A stretch of 64,000 nt of DNA from Candidatus Limnocylindria bacterium (lineage in GTDB: Bacteria > Chloroflexota > Limnocylindria > P2-11E): the NCBI GenBank assembly GCA_038227105.1, contig JBBRQB010000001.1, positions 22,867-86,866 on the forward strand. Direction: 5' to 3'. How positions within the stretch are numbered: the stretch's first letter is position 1; each line of letters opens with the position of its first letter. The position numbers and the translations under genes were made by a program. Below are positions 50,504-60,655 of the stretch, one piece after another. The notes beneath the pieces are model-generated. The model searched no databases, was not told where the DNA came from, and saw nothing but the letters and a program-made list of their open reading frames with translations.

Positions 50504-51562
50504 CTACGCGGACTTGCTCGCGTGGAGCGGCGCCTTCGCGATACGGAGGAGCGCCTGGTCCTTGGCAGGGATCGTGAACGGGATCACGCCCGGGATCAGC
50601 CACTCGTTCCATTGCTTGTCGACCTGGGCCTGAAAGTGCTCGACGTCCTCGTCAGCGAAGTGGGCGAAGCGTCCCTGGCGCTTCAGGTACTCGTACACCG
50701 GCTTGCGCTTCTTGCGGCCTTCGGCGATCTGCCGGGTCGGGCCGGTGAGGTTGCACACGCCGTCCACCACCTCGTATAGCGGCCAGATGCCGGTCTCCAC
50801 CGCGAGGTGGCCGAGCTCCTGGCTGTACTGCGGGTGGTAGTCCCAGCCCTTGGGGCACGGGTCGAGCGTGTGCACGAACGTGGGCCCGCCGAGCTCGAGC
50901 GCCTTGCGGATCTTGTTCATGAGGTCGACCGCATACGCGGCGCACCCGGCCGCGATGTAGCGGGACTCCGGGTGGCCCGCGGCCATCATGCCCGGCATGT
51001 TCTTCTTCCAGCGTGTGTGCATGAGCCGCTTCGTGGTGCCGCTCGGCGAGAACGTGGTGACCGCGCCGTACGGCGTCTGGCTCGAGAGCTGGATGTCGGT
51101 GTTCGCGTACGACTCGTTGTCGTAGAGGAGGATGAGCGAGTTGTAGTCCTTGTGCGTGAGCGTGGCGCTGATGGCGCCGATGCCCATGTCGGCGCCGCCG
51201 CCGTCACCGCAGAACGCGATGACGTTGATCTTCTCGTCCTTGATCTTGCCCTTGCGCATGAGGACCTTGAGGCCGGCCGCGGTGCCGAGGGCAGCGGAAC
51301 CGGATGCACCGAGCTGGGTGTGCATCCATGGCACGACCCAGGGCGTCGTGTAGTACGTCGTGTTCGCGACGTACATGCAGCCGGTCGATCCGAGCACGAT
51401 CGTGCGCGGTCCGGAGGCCTTCACCATGTGGCGCATGACCAGGGCGGACTCGCAGCCCTGGCAGGTGCGGTGGCCGGAAACGAAGAGCTCGTCGTAGGGC
51501 ACGTCCTTCACGCCCTTGATCTGCGGAAGGTCGAGCGGTGTGTTGCTAGCGGTCACTGCCAT
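50504..51562 (-). CDS. 2-oxoacid:ferredoxin oxidoreductase beta subunit (TPP-binding, PorB/KorB-like)
   Basis: ..GHRTCQGCESAL.., ..GSTGCMYV.., ..AFCGDGGGADMGIGAIS.. (GDG TPP motif), 352 aa. Confidence 0.85.
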   Translation of the reverse strand: MAVTASNTPLDLPQIKGVKDVPYDELFVSGHRTCQGCESALVMRHMVKASGPRTIVLGSTGCMYVANTTYYTTPWVVPWMHTQLGASGSAALGTAAGLKVLMRKGKIKDEKINVIAFCGDGGGADMGIGAISATLTHKDYNSLILLYDNESYANTDIQLSSQTPYGAVTTFSPSGTTKRLMHTRWKKNMPGMMAAGHPESRYIAAGCAAYAVDLMNKIRKALELGGPTFVHTLDPCPKGWDYHPQYSQELGHLAVETGIWPLYEVVDGVCNLTGPTRQIAEGRKKRKPVYEYLKRQGRFAHFADEDVEHFQAQVDKQWNEWLIPGVIPFTIPAKDQALLRIAKAPLHASKSA

Positions 51563-51574
51563 CCATCGTCTCCT

Positions 51575-52807
51575 TTACGCCCGGACGCCGATCCAGTGAG
51601 TCACGTCACCGGAAGTGAGGCCGCCAGTGGCGGCAGCTGTGAGCTTCTGGAACATATCCTGGGCCATCGGCTGCTCGATCTCGCGTCCGCCGAGGGCGGC
51701 GATGAAGCCGACGATCGTCGGTCGCTTCTCCACCGAATACATCGCCGAGCGGATCTCGTTGTACAGGACGCCGCCGTAGAACGGTGAGCCGAAGCTGTAG
51801 TCGCGGTCGATGACCCCGACGGCCTTGAAGCGGCTCAGGCTTTTGACGATGTCCGCGGTCGGGAACGGTCGGAACCACTTGAGCCGCACGAGCCCGACCT
51901 TGTGGCCCTCCTTGCGGAGGCGGCGGATCGCGACCTTCATCGGGAGGGACAGCGTCCCCTGACCGATGAACACGACCTCCGCGTCGTCGGTCATGTACTC
52001 GTCGAGGAACGGGTTCTCGCCGCCGCGGCCGAACAGCCGCTTGAACTCGGCGTGAGCCTCGGTGATGACGCCAAGGGCGTTGCGCATCGCCTGGTCGTTC
52101 TGCATCCGGATCTCCATCAGCCAGTCCTGGTCGACCTGCGGCGCGATGGTGATGGGGTTGTCCGGGTGCAGCAGGCGGTCGCCGAGGTCGAACTTCGGCA
52201 GGAACTTGGTGACCGCGGCCTGGGTGGGGATCTTCACGATCTGCTGGGAGTGGGTGAGGAACGCGCCGTCGAGGCCGATGGCCAATGGGAGCGAGACCCG
52301 CTTGTCCTCGGCGACCTTCCACGCCGTGAGTGCGAAGTCGAGCGACTCCTGGGCGGTCTCGGCCCAGCAGAGCATCCAGCCGAGATCGCGGACCGCGAGC
52401 GCGTCGTTGTGCTCGCAGCCGAACGCCCCCGGGTCGTCCAGGGCGCGGTTGCCGCAGATGGCGACGACCGGGAGGCGCAGGCCGGCGGTGACCGCGATCG
52501 CCTCCATCGCGTAGAACCAGCCGACGCCCGAGGAGCCGACGAACACCCGCGAGCCGACCGCACAGGCGTGCTTCACGATCTCGAACTGACTGTGCTCGCC
52601 GTCGGCGACGATGTACTCAACGTCCATCTTGCCGTTCGCGATCAGCTTGGCCGCGGCCTGCATCACGCCGTCGTACGGCCGGATGGGATACGCGGCCATC
52701 ACGTCCACATCGGCGAGGCGGATGGCCTCGGCGATGGCCTCACAGCCGGTCGCGAGCTGCTCGGTCTCGACGTCGCTGTGTTCCTTTTCTTTGATCTCAA
52801 CAACCAT
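51575..52807 (-). CDS. 2-oxoacid:ferredoxin oxidoreductase alpha subunit (PorA/KorA-like)
   Basis: 410 aa; pyrimidine-binding and transketolase-C-like regions (..AYPIRPYDGVMQAAAKLIANG.., ..GSSGVGWFYAMEAIAVTAGLRLPVV..). Confidence 0.85.
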   Translation of the reverse strand: MVVEIKEKEHSDVETEQLATGCEAIAEAIRLADVDVMAAYPIRPYDGVMQAAAKLIANGKMDVEYIVADGEHSQFEIVKHACAVGSRVFVGSSGVGWFYAMEAIAVTAGLRLPVVAICGNRALDDPGAFGCEHNDALAVRDLGWMLCWAETAQESLDFALTAWKVAEDKRVSLPLAIGLDGAFLTHSQQIVKIPTQAAVTKFLPKFDLGDRLLHPDNPITIAPQVDQDWLMEIRMQNDQAMRNALGVITEAHAEFKRLFGRGGENPFLDEYMTDDAEVVFIGQGTLSLPMKVAIRRLRKEGHKVGLVRLKWFRPFPTADIVKSLSRFKAVGVIDRDYSFGSPFYGGVLYNEIRSAMYSVEKRPTIVGFIAALGGREIEQPMAQDMFQKLTAAATGGLTSGDVTHWIGVRA

Positions 52808-52810
52808 GGT

Positions 52811-53926
52811 TTAGTCCTCACCTCCGCTTGTGGTGGCGCGCTTGGGGTCCGCCGATACGCCGCTCTTCTGCTCGAACCAGGTGTTGTAGCCAGCGTGGTC
52901 GTTCTTCCACATCTGCCATTTGTCGTCGTTGTCCTCGAACTTCATCTCATCGACCATGACGATGCAGTCCTTGACCGGGCAGACCTGGGCGCAGATGCCG
53001 CAGCCGATGCAGGCCTCGTACACGACCTCGTAGTGGCCTTCGGGGGTGACCTCGAAGCACTCGTCGGGGCAGTCGAGCCAGCACATCGTGCATTTGATGC
53101 AGGTGTCGAAATTGACGACGGGCCGGAGCGTCCGGGCACCGTACTTCTTGTAGTACGGGTTGCGCTCGCCGGGCTTCCGCGCATCGACGATGACGCCCGG
53201 CCGCATCGTGGTCCAGCCCGGCTTTTCGAACTGCAGGACCTCATGGCCGGTCGTGCCCTCGCCCTTCTTGATCTGGCGAAGCTGCGTGCGGTCATAGCCG
53301 TCCTGGGCCGAGGCGACCGCGCTCTCGTCGCCGGTCTGCTCGCGGATGAGCATCTTCACATCCTCGATCCGCACCCAATCCGGCGTGACCTTCGCGAGCG
53401 CGCCGAGGACGCGGTAATCGGTGTGGTCGTCCTTGAATACCCACAGGCCGGCGAACGACGCGAGCCCCGGAACGATACCCAAGAGGTAGGGCCGTTCGGC
53501 GGCGTCGGTCTGTGCGAGCACGTCGGCAGGTGTCTTTTCGGAGGTGACGAGGACGGCCCCCCCTTCGTGGACCGGCTTCCAGATCGGCTGCCGGCCATAC
53601 CAGGCCCAGGATTCGACGCCCTTCACCAAGGTGTCGTCGACCGCGACCGCGATGTCCACGACGCTCGGCTCGTATTTGGCCATCGAAGACTCGAGCTCGA
53701 GGTCGTTGATCGCGACGACCGCGAAGTATTTCGCCGGGACGCCGTTCCGCTCTGGGGAGTCGCCGTATCGTCCGAACGCGGTCCCGGTGTAGCCACGCTT
53801 GCGCGCCGCGAGGACGATCGAGCGGCCGATGCGTTGCGCCAACGTCTTTTGGAAGATGCCCCGATACACGATCTCGATCGTGATCGAGGCGGGGTCCGTC
53901 TTCACGACGTTCTGGTCCGCCATCAT
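52811..53926 (-). CDS. 2-oxoacid:ferredoxin oxidoreductase fused gamma/delta subunit (the delta part is a 2x[4Fe-4S] ferredoxin)
   Basis: N-terminal gamma-like region and C-terminal CIKCTMCWLDCPDEC...CIGCGICAQVCP, two CxxCxxCxxxCP ferredoxin motifs. Confidence 0.85.
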   Translation of the reverse strand: MMADQNVVKTDPASITIEIVYRGIFQKTLAQRIGRSIVLAARKRGYTGTAFGRYGDSPERNGVPAKYFAVVAINDLELESSMAKYEPSVVDIAVAVDDTLVKGVESWAWYGRQPIWKPVHEGGAVLVTSEKTPADVLAQTDAAERPYLLGIVPGLASFAGLWVFKDDHTDYRVLGALAKVTPDWVRIEDVKMLIREQTGDESAVASAQDGYDRTQLRQIKKGEGTTGHEVLQFEKPGWTTMRPGVIVDARKPGERNPYYKKYGARTLRPVVNFDTCIKCTMCWLDCPDECFEVTPEGHYEVVYEACIGCGICAQVCPVKDCIVMVDEMKFEDNDDKWQMWKNDHAGYNTWFEQKSGVSADPKRATTSGGED

Positions 53927-54609
53927 GCCCCCTTCACCACGGTATTCGTGGCGTCTTGCTTCTCCGCGATGAGCTTGAGGATCCCTTCGCCGACCGCGTG
54001 GATGTGCTCAGCTGCGGCGGCCCGCGCCGCGTCCCCGTTACCAGTCTCGAGCGCGATGAGGATGCGCCGGTGGGCGTCAATGGACGCGTGCGCGCGCTGG
54101 TTCGTCTGCAGCCACTGCTCGCGGGAGCTCCGAAGGACGTCCCAGATGACGCCGAGCATGGTCGTGAGCAGCTCGTTGCGCGCCGCATGGCCGATGAGCT
54201 CGTGGAATCTGGTGTCCTCTTCGGCGTAGGGTTCGCCCGCGTCGACCTTCCGCCCCTGCGCCGCGAGGATCGTGCGGAGCTCGGCAAGCTCGGAGGCGGT
54301 GATGCGCTTCGCGGCGGCCGCGGCGATAGCTGGCTCGAGGAGACCGCGGACCTCGATGACATCGGACATCGTGTGCCCGCGCGCGATCAGGTTCGAAAGC
54401 GGACGAGCGAGGTCCTCGGGTGCGGTGCGGCGGACGAACGTCCCACCGCCCGCATGCGTCTCGACGACACCCAAAAGCTCGAGCGAGCGGAGCGCTTCGC
54501 GGACCGAGGCGCGCGATACCTGGAACTGCTCGGCCAAGGCGCGCTCCGGCGGCAGCTGGTCGCCCGGCCGAAGCTCTCCCTTTTCAAGGAGGGACTCGAT
54601 CTGGCTCAC
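53923..54609 (-). CDS. GntR-family transcriptional regulator (FadR/FCD subfamily)
   Basis: ..ELRPGDQLPPERALAEQFQVSRASVREALRSLELLGVV.. wHTH followed by an FCD-like helical domain. Conserved N-terminal homology (..IEPIRRSRLYQDIV) continues upstream of the GTG at 54609 with no canonical start. Confidence 0.75.
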   Translation of the reverse strand: MSQIESLLEKGELRPGDQLPPERALAEQFQVSRASVREALRSLELLGVVETHAGGGTFVRRTAPEDLARPLSNLIARGHTMSDVIEVRGLLEPAIAAAAAKRITASELAELRTILAAQGRKVDAGEPYAEEDTRFHELIGHAARNELLTTMLGVIWDVLRSSREQWLQTNQRAHASIDAHRRILIALETGNGDAARAAAAEHIHAVGEGILKLIAEKQDATNTVVKGA

Positions 54610-54781
54610 GATGTCCTGGTAGAGGCGGCTCCGGCGGATCGGCTCGATGACAGCCAGCGGTGTCCTCCCCGGGCATTTTCAGGCGCAAAGTCTGCGTCTG
54701 GATGCTCTGGTCAGGTGGTCTGACCAGAACGATCGACACGCTACCGCGTCGCCAGGGACCCGGTCAAGTGACCGGAGGTAC

Positions 54782-56308
54782 TTACGCCGGGACGGGCTCG
54801 GTGTGGCCGGCCATCAGGAGGCCGAGCCGCTCCTCGGTGGCCTCAGCGGCGGCGAGCGTGGCGACCAGGCGACCCTCGAACATGACCGCGATCCGGTCCG
54901 AAAGGGCCCGGATCTCATCGAGCTCGCTCGAGACCAGGAGGACGGCGGCACCGCGGGCGCGCTGCTCAAGGAGCCGCTCCCAGACGTACTCGGTCGAGCC
55001 GATGTCCAGCCCGCGCGTCGGCTGGCTGACGACGATGAGCTTGGGCTGCTCGGAGATCTCGCGGCCGAGGACGACCTTCTGCTGATTGCCGCCCGAGAGG
55101 TTCCCGACGATGGCCCGCGCGTTCGGCGGCCGGACGTCGAACTCTTTGGCGAGACGTTCGCCGTTCGTTCGGATGGTGTTGTCGTCCAGGACGCCGCGCC
55201 TCGCGAATGGCGGCCGGTCCTGCTTCCCGAGGATGAAGTTGTTCGCGACCGTGAAGGCGAGGACAAGCCCCTCGCGGCGGCGGTCCTCCGGCACGAACGC
55301 CACACCGCGTTGGCGCGTCCGCTTCGGATCGTCGTGCGCGACGTCTGCGCCGCCGATCGAGATCGTTCCCGCAGTCGGCTCGCGCAGTCCGAGGATGCAC
55401 TCCGCGAGCTCGGACTGCCCGTTCCCACCGACGCCCGCCACGCCCAGGATCTCGCCTGCGTGCACCGTGAGGTCGACGCCCTGGAGCGCGGCCGCGCCAC
55501 GGTCGCTCCGGGCCTGCAGCCCCCGGATCTTGAGCACCGGCTCGGGAGACGGGGGAGTGGTCCGCGGCTGGACCGGGTGGAGGTCGCGCCCGACCATGAG
55601 GCGCGCGATCCCTGCTGCCGAGGTCTCTTTCGTCACGAGCACGCCGGCGTTCTTGCCCGCGCGGAGCACGGTGATGCGGTCCGTCACCGCGAAGACCTCG
55701 CGCAGCTTGTGCGTGATGAAGATGATGACCTTGCCCTGGTCGCGGAGGGTCCGGACGATCGTGAAGAGCTCGTCCACCTCCTGCGGTGTAAGGACCGCGG
55801 TCGGCTCGTCGAAGATGAGGAGGTCGCTCCCGCGATAGAGCACCTTGAGGATCTCGACCCGTTGCTGGAGTCCGAGCGGGATGTCCTCGACCCGCGCATC
55901 GGGGTCGACGGAGATGTGGAACCTGTCCCCGAGCTCGCGCACCCGCGCGCTGATGGCTCGCTTGCTGAGCAGAGGTCCCGAGCGCTCGTCGCCGAGGACG
56001 ACGTTCTCAGCGACGGTCAGCGGCGGGATGAGCATGAAGTGCTGGTGGATCATCCCGATGCCACGCGCGATCGCGTCGCGCGGCGACCGGATCCCCGCCT
56101 CCTGCCCGTTCAAGCGGATCGTGCCCGCATCGGGGTGGTACAGGCCATAGAGGATGTTCATGAGCGTGGACTTGCCGGCGCCGTTCTCTCCGAGCAGCGC
56201 ATGGATCTCGCCGTCGTTGACCACGAGGTCCACGCCATCGAGCGCCGTGAAGTCGCCGAAGCGCTTCACGATGCCGCGCATCTCCACGTGCGGTGCCGGC
56301 GCGTTCAT
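54782..56308 (-). CDS. ABC transporter ATP-binding protein with two NBDs (nucleoside / simple-sugar type)
   Basis: ATG 56308 preceded by [22 protein letters not shown] (Walker A), LSGGNQQKVVLGREI (signature) in each half. The listed longer ORF adds a 163-aa R/P-rich leader antisense to the permease gene. Confidence 0.88.
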   Translation of the reverse strand: MNAPAPHVEMRGIVKRFGDFTALDGVDLVVNDGEIHALLGENGAGKSTLMNILYGLYHPDAGTIRLNGQEAGIRSPRDAIARGIGMIHQHFMLIPPLTVAENVVLGDERSGPLLSKRAISARVRELGDRFHISVDPDARVEDIPLGLQQRVEILKVLYRGSDLLIFDEPTAVLTPQEVDELFTIVRTLRDQGKVIIFITHKLREVFAVTDRITVLRAGKNAGVLVTKETSAAGIARLMVGRDLHPVQPRTTPPSPEPVLKIRGLQARSDRGAAALQGVDLTVHAGEILGVAGVGGNGQSELAECILGLREPTAGTISIGGADVAHDDPKRTRQRGVAFVPEDRRREGLVLAFTVANNFILGKQDRPPFARRGVLDDNTIRTNGERLAKEFDVRPPNARAIVGNLSGGNQQKVVLGREISEQPKLIVVSQPTRGLDIGSTEYVWERLLEQRARGAAVLLVSSELDEIRALSDRIAVMFEGRLVATLAAAEATEERLGLLMAGHTEPVPA

Positions 56309-57252
56309 GCATGACCTTCCGTCTCGTAGGGCACCCCGTCGGCGGCCGGTGCACGGGACCGTCCGACGAAGCCGGCGACCGCGAAGATCGTGAGGACGTA
56401 CGGAAGCGTGCCCAGCAGCTGCACCGGAACCCGCACGTCGCCGATCGTGGCGCCCTGGAGCGAGGTCGAAAGCGCGTTGCCGTAGCCGAAGATGAGGCTC
56501 GCGACGAGCGCACCGACCGGTGTCCAGCGCCCGAAGATCATGGCCGCGAGACCGATGAAGCCCCGGCCACCGGTCATCCCGTCGGTGAAAGAATGCACGA
56601 CACCGAGCGAGAGGTACGCGCCACCGAGCGCCGCCAGCGCGCCACTGGCGATGACCGCCGCGTAACGGATGCGGCGGACCCGGATGCCGACCGTCTCCGC
56701 AGCACGCGGATGCTCGCCGACCGCACGGAGGCGGAGCCCGGCCACCGTGCGGAACAGGAAGAGCTGCAGGAGGACGACGAGCAGGAGCATCACCCACACG
56801 ACGCTGTTCTGGCCGCCGATCGCGTCGCCGACGTACGGTACGCCGCTGAGGAAGCCGAGCTGGACGTCCGGCAGCCCGACCAGGTCCGCGGGCGTGCCCG
56901 TCGTGCCGTACAGCTGATAGTCGAGGTATGTCGTGAGACCGAGGACCAGGATGTTCAGGGCCATCCCGGACACGATCTGATCGCTCCGCAGCGTGATCGA
57001 GGTGTACGCGTGCAGCGCCGCCACGATGATGCCCGCCAGGAGCGCGACCGCCAGCGCGACCCAGATATTGCGGCTGCGGTCCGCGGCCACGATGCCGAAG
57101 AAAGCGCCGGCGAGCATGCAGGCCTCGAGCGCGATATTGGTCACGCCACTGCGCTCCGTCACCACGCCCCCCAGCGCCGCGAGCGCGATCGGCGTGGCGA
57201 GCCGCAGGGTGGCCGCGAGCACGCTCGCTCCGACGACCATCTCCCAGGTCAT
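56305..57252 (-). CDS. ABC transporter permease (BMP-family nucleoside-type system, second permease)
   Basis: Start ATG 57252 overlaps the upstream permease stop. MTWEMVVGASVLAATLRLATPIALAALGGVVTERSGVTNIALEACMLAGAFFG... Confidence 0.8.
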   Translation of the reverse strand: MTWEMVVGASVLAATLRLATPIALAALGGVVTERSGVTNIALEACMLAGAFFGIVAADRSRNIWVALAVALLAGIIVAALHAYTSITLRSDQIVSGMALNILVLGLTTYLDYQLYGTTGTPADLVGLPDVQLGFLSGVPYVGDAIGGQNSVVWVMLLLVVLLQLFLFRTVAGLRLRAVGEHPRAAETVGIRVRRIRYAAVIASGALAALGGAYLSLGVVHSFTDGMTGGRGFIGLAAMIFGRWTPVGALVASLIFGYGNALSTSLQGATIGDVRVPVQLLGTLPYVLTIFAVAGFVGRSRAPAADGVPYETEGHA

Positions 57253-58391
57253 GCGATCGACTCCACGGGCTTGCGGCCGCGCCGCTTCGTCAGTGACCGC
57301 ACGATGGCCTCTGCCGCGATGACGAACAGCACGAACGCCTGGATGATCGCGACCAGATTCGACGAGATGTTCGCGTGCGACTGCATGTACGCGCCGCCGT
57401 GTACGAACGAGCCGAACAGCAGTGCCGCCGCGACGATCCCGAGCGGCGAGTTCTTGCCCAGGAGGGCGACGGCGATGGCGTCGAACCCGTAGCTCGAGGC
57501 GAAGCCGTCGTACACGCGACCGAAGAGGCCGCTCACCTCGATCATCCCACCGAGCCCCGCGAACCCGCCGGCGATCGCCATGACCAGGATCATGTGCCGC
57601 GCCGGGTCGATGCCCGCCTGTGCGGCCGCCCGCGATCCGAGGCCCACGGCCCGGAGCTGGTAGCCGAGCGGGGTCCGCCACAACAGGAACCAGAAGAAGA
57701 CGACGGCGAGCGCCGCGAGCAGCAGGCCGGCGTGGAGGCGGCTGAACGGGACGAGCGAGTCGGGAATGATCACCGGGAGGCGTGCACCCGCGCCGATGGG
57801 GGTCGACGCCGGGGTCCCGAGGGCGTTCTGCGCCGTCATCGGTCCGGCCTGCAGGAGCCAGTGCATCACGAAGACGACGGTGTAATTGAGCATGATCGTC
57901 GTGATGACCTCGTTCACGCCGCGGGTCGCCTTCAGCACGCCGACGATCCCGCCGTAGAACGCGCCGCCGGCGATGCCGAACAGGATGACGATCGGCATCA
58001 GCAGGAAGCCCGGGAGCGACCCGAACTGTGCGCCGGCCCAGCCCGCGGTCAGGGCGCCGACCAGGAGCTGCCCCTGGGCGCCGATGTTGAACAGGCCGGT
58101 ACGGAACGCGATCGCGACCGAGAGGCCGGTGAGCACGAGCGGGATGGCGGAGACGATCGTCTCGGTGATGTCGTACGGCGTCCCGAAGGCGCCCTGCACG
58201 AGCGCCGCATAGGCCTTGATCGGGTCGTTGCCGCTGAGGAGCACGAAGATCGCCCCGAACGCCAGCGCGATGACGACGGAGAGGATGGGGATCGCAGGCC
58301 CGCCGGCCCACTGAAAGGTGAGCTGGCGCACAGACGGGGCCGGGCTCTCAGAGCCCGGCCCCGTCACTGTCGGTTCTTGTAGCTGTGTCAC
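57249..58391 (-). CDS. ABC transporter permease (first permease)
   Basis: 380 aa multi-TM; ..ILSVVIALAFGAIFVLLSGNDPIKAYAALVQGAFG.. typical of the RbsC/NupP-like permease family. Confidence 0.8.
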   Translation of the reverse strand: MTQLQEPTVTGPGSESPAPSVRQLTFQWAGGPAIPILSVVIALAFGAIFVLLSGNDPIKAYAALVQGAFGTPYDITETIVSAIPLVLTGLSVAIAFRTGLFNIGAQGQLLVGALTAGWAGAQFGSLPGFLLMPIVILFGIAGGAFYGGIVGVLKATRGVNEVITTIMLNYTVVFVMHWLLQAGPMTAQNALGTPASTPIGAGARLPVIIPDSLVPFSRLHAGLLLAALAVVFFWFLLWRTPLGYQLRAVGLGSRAAAQAGIDPARHMILVMAIAGGFAGLGGMIEVSGLFGRVYDGFASSYGFDAIAVALLGKNSPLGIVAAALLFGSFVHGGAYMQSHANISSNLVAIIQAFVLFVIAAEAIVRSLTKRRGRKPVESIA

Positions 58392-58398
58392 CCGGTCA

Positions 58399-59457
58399 CT
58401 ACTTGACCGTCAGTGTGTCCTTCGGTGTGATCTTTCCTGACTTGATGTCCGCGAGTGCCGCGTCCGCAGCCTTCTTCGCTTCCGCCGGCACGACCTTGTC
58501 GAGGGCACCGAAGCCGACGCCGTCGTTGGCCGCGTTGTAGCTGTTGTCGCCCGCCTTGAAGGTGCCGAGACGGACTGAGCGGATCGTCTGGAAGACAGCG
58601 ACGTCGACCTTCTTGAGCGCGCTCGTGATCACAGTGCCCGGAGCGACGGTCGCCTGGTCGGCGTCGACGCCGATGGCGTAGACCTTCGCGTCCTTGGCCG
58701 CGTTGATGTAGCCGATGCCGCTAAGGCCCGCGACCTGGAAGAGGATGTCGCAGCCTGCGGCGATCTGCTTGATGCCGACTTCCTTGCCCTTCTGCTGGTC
58801 GACGAAGTCGTTGGAGTAGCCGTTGAGGATCTTGGTCGTCGGGCTCGTCTTGGTGACCGCGTCCTGGTAGCCCGCGATGTAGCGGTCCACCGGCGGGATC
58901 GGGAGGCCACCCATCGAGCACACGGTGTTGTGTGTCGCGGCGCCGACCTTGTTGAGGGCCATGTACGCGGCGATGACGCCGACGATGTAGCCGGCCTCCT
59001 GCTCCTTGAAGAACAGGTTGGCGACGTTCGGCAGATTCTGCGTGGCACCGGCGTCGTCCTGCGGCGCGCCGTCGATGATCGCGAACTTCACGTTCGGGAA
59101 CTGCTTCGCGACCTTCCACACCGCGTTCTGCATCAGGAAGCCGACCCCGATCACGAGGTCGTACTTGTCCTGCGCGTACTTGGTGAGGTTCGGCACGTAG
59201 TCAGCCTGCTGCTTCGACTCCGTCACTGACGTGTCGACGACGAGCTGGGCTGCGGCATCCTTACGGCCCTTGTCGGCCAGCGCGTTGAAGCTCTTGTCGT
59301 TCAGGCCGCCGACGTCGGTGACCAGACCGATCTTCGGGTGCTGCCCGTTGGCGGTACTACCGCTCGCGCTGGCGCTCGCGGCGGGGGCGGTGGTGTTGCT
59401 GGTACAGGCGGCCACGATCGTGGCGGCGAGGAGACAGAACGCGACGAATCGCTTCAT
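58399..59457 (-). CDS. BMP-family (PnrA/Med-like) ABC transporter substrate-binding lipoprotein
   Basis: MKRFVAFCLLAATIVAACTS lipobox; ..KIGLVTDVGGLNDKSFNALADKG.. ..YDLVIGVGFLMQNAV.. FAIIDGAP are BMP-family motifs. Confidence 0.85.
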   Translation of the reverse strand: MKRFVAFCLLAATIVAACTSNTTAPAASASASGSTANGQHPKIGLVTDVGGLNDKSFNALADKGRKDAAAQLVVDTSVTESKQQADYVPNLTKYAQDKYDLVIGVGFLMQNAVWKVAKQFPNVKFAIIDGAPQDDAGATQNLPNVANLFFKEQEAGYIVGVIAAYMALNKVGAATHNTVCSMGGLPIPPVDRYIAGYQDAVTKTSPTTKILNGYSNDFVDQQKGKEVGIKQIAAGCDILFQVAGLSGIGYINAAKDAKVYAIGVDADQATVAPGTVITSALKKVDVAVFQTIRSVRLGTFKAGDNSYNAANDGVGFGALDKVVPAEAKKAADAALADIKSGKITPKDTLTVK

Positions 59458-59577
59458 GGGCGAGGAATCCCTCCCTAGTCGAATGGCGCGCGTTGCGATC
59501 TAGGGGATGGTATGCCGTCCCGCTCGTCGCCGCAGGGGATTCCTTTGGTCAGACCAGCGGCGGCCGAGGCCGTCGGC

Positions 59578-60600
59578 TCAGCCCGCGATCACCGTCTTGA
59601 TGACGTAGAGGATGAAGATCACGTAGAGGCTGCCGCCGGCGACCAGCGCCGACAGCGGCAGGGCGTCTCCGCGCGTCCGGAAGCGCAGCTGGACCCAGAT
59701 GAGCGCGCCGGAGATCAGCGCGAAGATCGCGGCGACCGTTCCGAAGGGCCCGAGCACCCACGGTGTCAGGAGCACGCCGACCGTGACCGGCACGGTCGAC
59801 TGGAAGACCATCGCGCCCGCCACGTTGCCGAGCGCGATGACGTCCTTGCCGTCCTTGGTCCAGATGAGGCTGTTCGCGGCCTCGGGAAGCTCCGTCGCGA
59901 TCGGCGCGAGCAGCAGGGCGACCAGGAGCGCGTTGAAGCCCATCGAGTGCGAGAAGGCGTCGATCCATGCGGCGAAGAACTTGGCGCCCACGAGGATCCC
60001 GCCGAACGCGAGGAGGGTCTGGCCGACGATGAGCCACCATGGCGGCTGGTGCGGATCGAACGCGGCGCCAGCGCGCTTGAGGTACGTGGCGACGCTGAGC
60101 GCGTCGAAGACCTCGTGCTCCTCCTTCGCTTCTTCGATGTCCGACTCGGACACGTTGGGGGTCCGGAGCACGAGGAACAGGTACAGGCCATACGTGGGGA
60201 AGAAGATCCAGCCGAGCACGCCCTTGAGCTCGCGCAGCGGAGGAATGAGCGCGATCGCGACCGCGGCCGAGTACATGACCAGGAAAAAGCCGAGGTCGCG
60301 CGACGCGTGCGCGCGGTCGACCCGCAGCGTGTCTCGCCCGCGGCGCGTCCTGAGGGCGAACGCCGTCACGCCGATCAGCAGCATGACGAGCGTCCCGAGC
60401 ATGAAGGGCGCGCCGAGGATCGCACCGACGCCGATGTCGTCGGCCTCCGCGCTGTTCGTGAACAGGATCGCGACGATCGGCACGAGGGTCTCGGGTGTCG
60501 CGGTGCCGATCGCGGCGAGGATGCTGCCGGTCGCGCCCTCGCTCATCCCGAGTAGGTGGCCGAGCCACTCCACGCCGTTGGTGAAGAGCTCCGCGCCCAC
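59578..60600 (-). CDS. Sodium/calcium (cation/H+) antiporter of the CaCA family
   Basis: Two alpha-repeats, GTATPETLVPIVA and LAPIATELPEAANSL. N-terminal TM homology (..ISPLDAVLLLVAFALILVGAELF) extends upstream of the GTG at 60600 with no canonical start codon in frame before the stop at about 60661. Confidence 0.78.
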   Translation of the reverse strand: MGAELFTNGVEWLGHLLGMSEGATGSILAAIGTATPETLVPIVAILFTNSAEADDIGVGAILGAPFMLGTLVMLLIGVTAFALRTRRGRDTLRVDRAHASRDLGFFLVMYSAAVAIALIPPLRELKGVLGWIFFPTYGLYLFLVLRTPNVSESDIEEAKEEHEVFDALSVATYLKRAGAAFDPHQPPWWLIVGQTLLAFGGILVGAKFFAAWIDAFSHSMGFNALLVALLLAPIATELPEAANSLIWTKDGKDVIALGNVAGAMVFQSTVPVTVGVLLTPWVLGPFGTVAAIFALISGALIWVQLRFRTRGDALPLSALVAGGSLYVIFILYVIKTVIAG

Positions 60601-60655
60601 CAGGATGAGGGCGAACGCGACCAGAAGAAGGACCGCGTCGAGGGGGCTGATGGGG

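Noticed and set aside
56305-58311. 668-aa minus ORF (N-terminal 350 aa)
   Set aside because: Only the C-terminal 315 aa form a permease. The upstream part is R/G/D-rich and out of frame with the real upstream permease gene (57249..58391).
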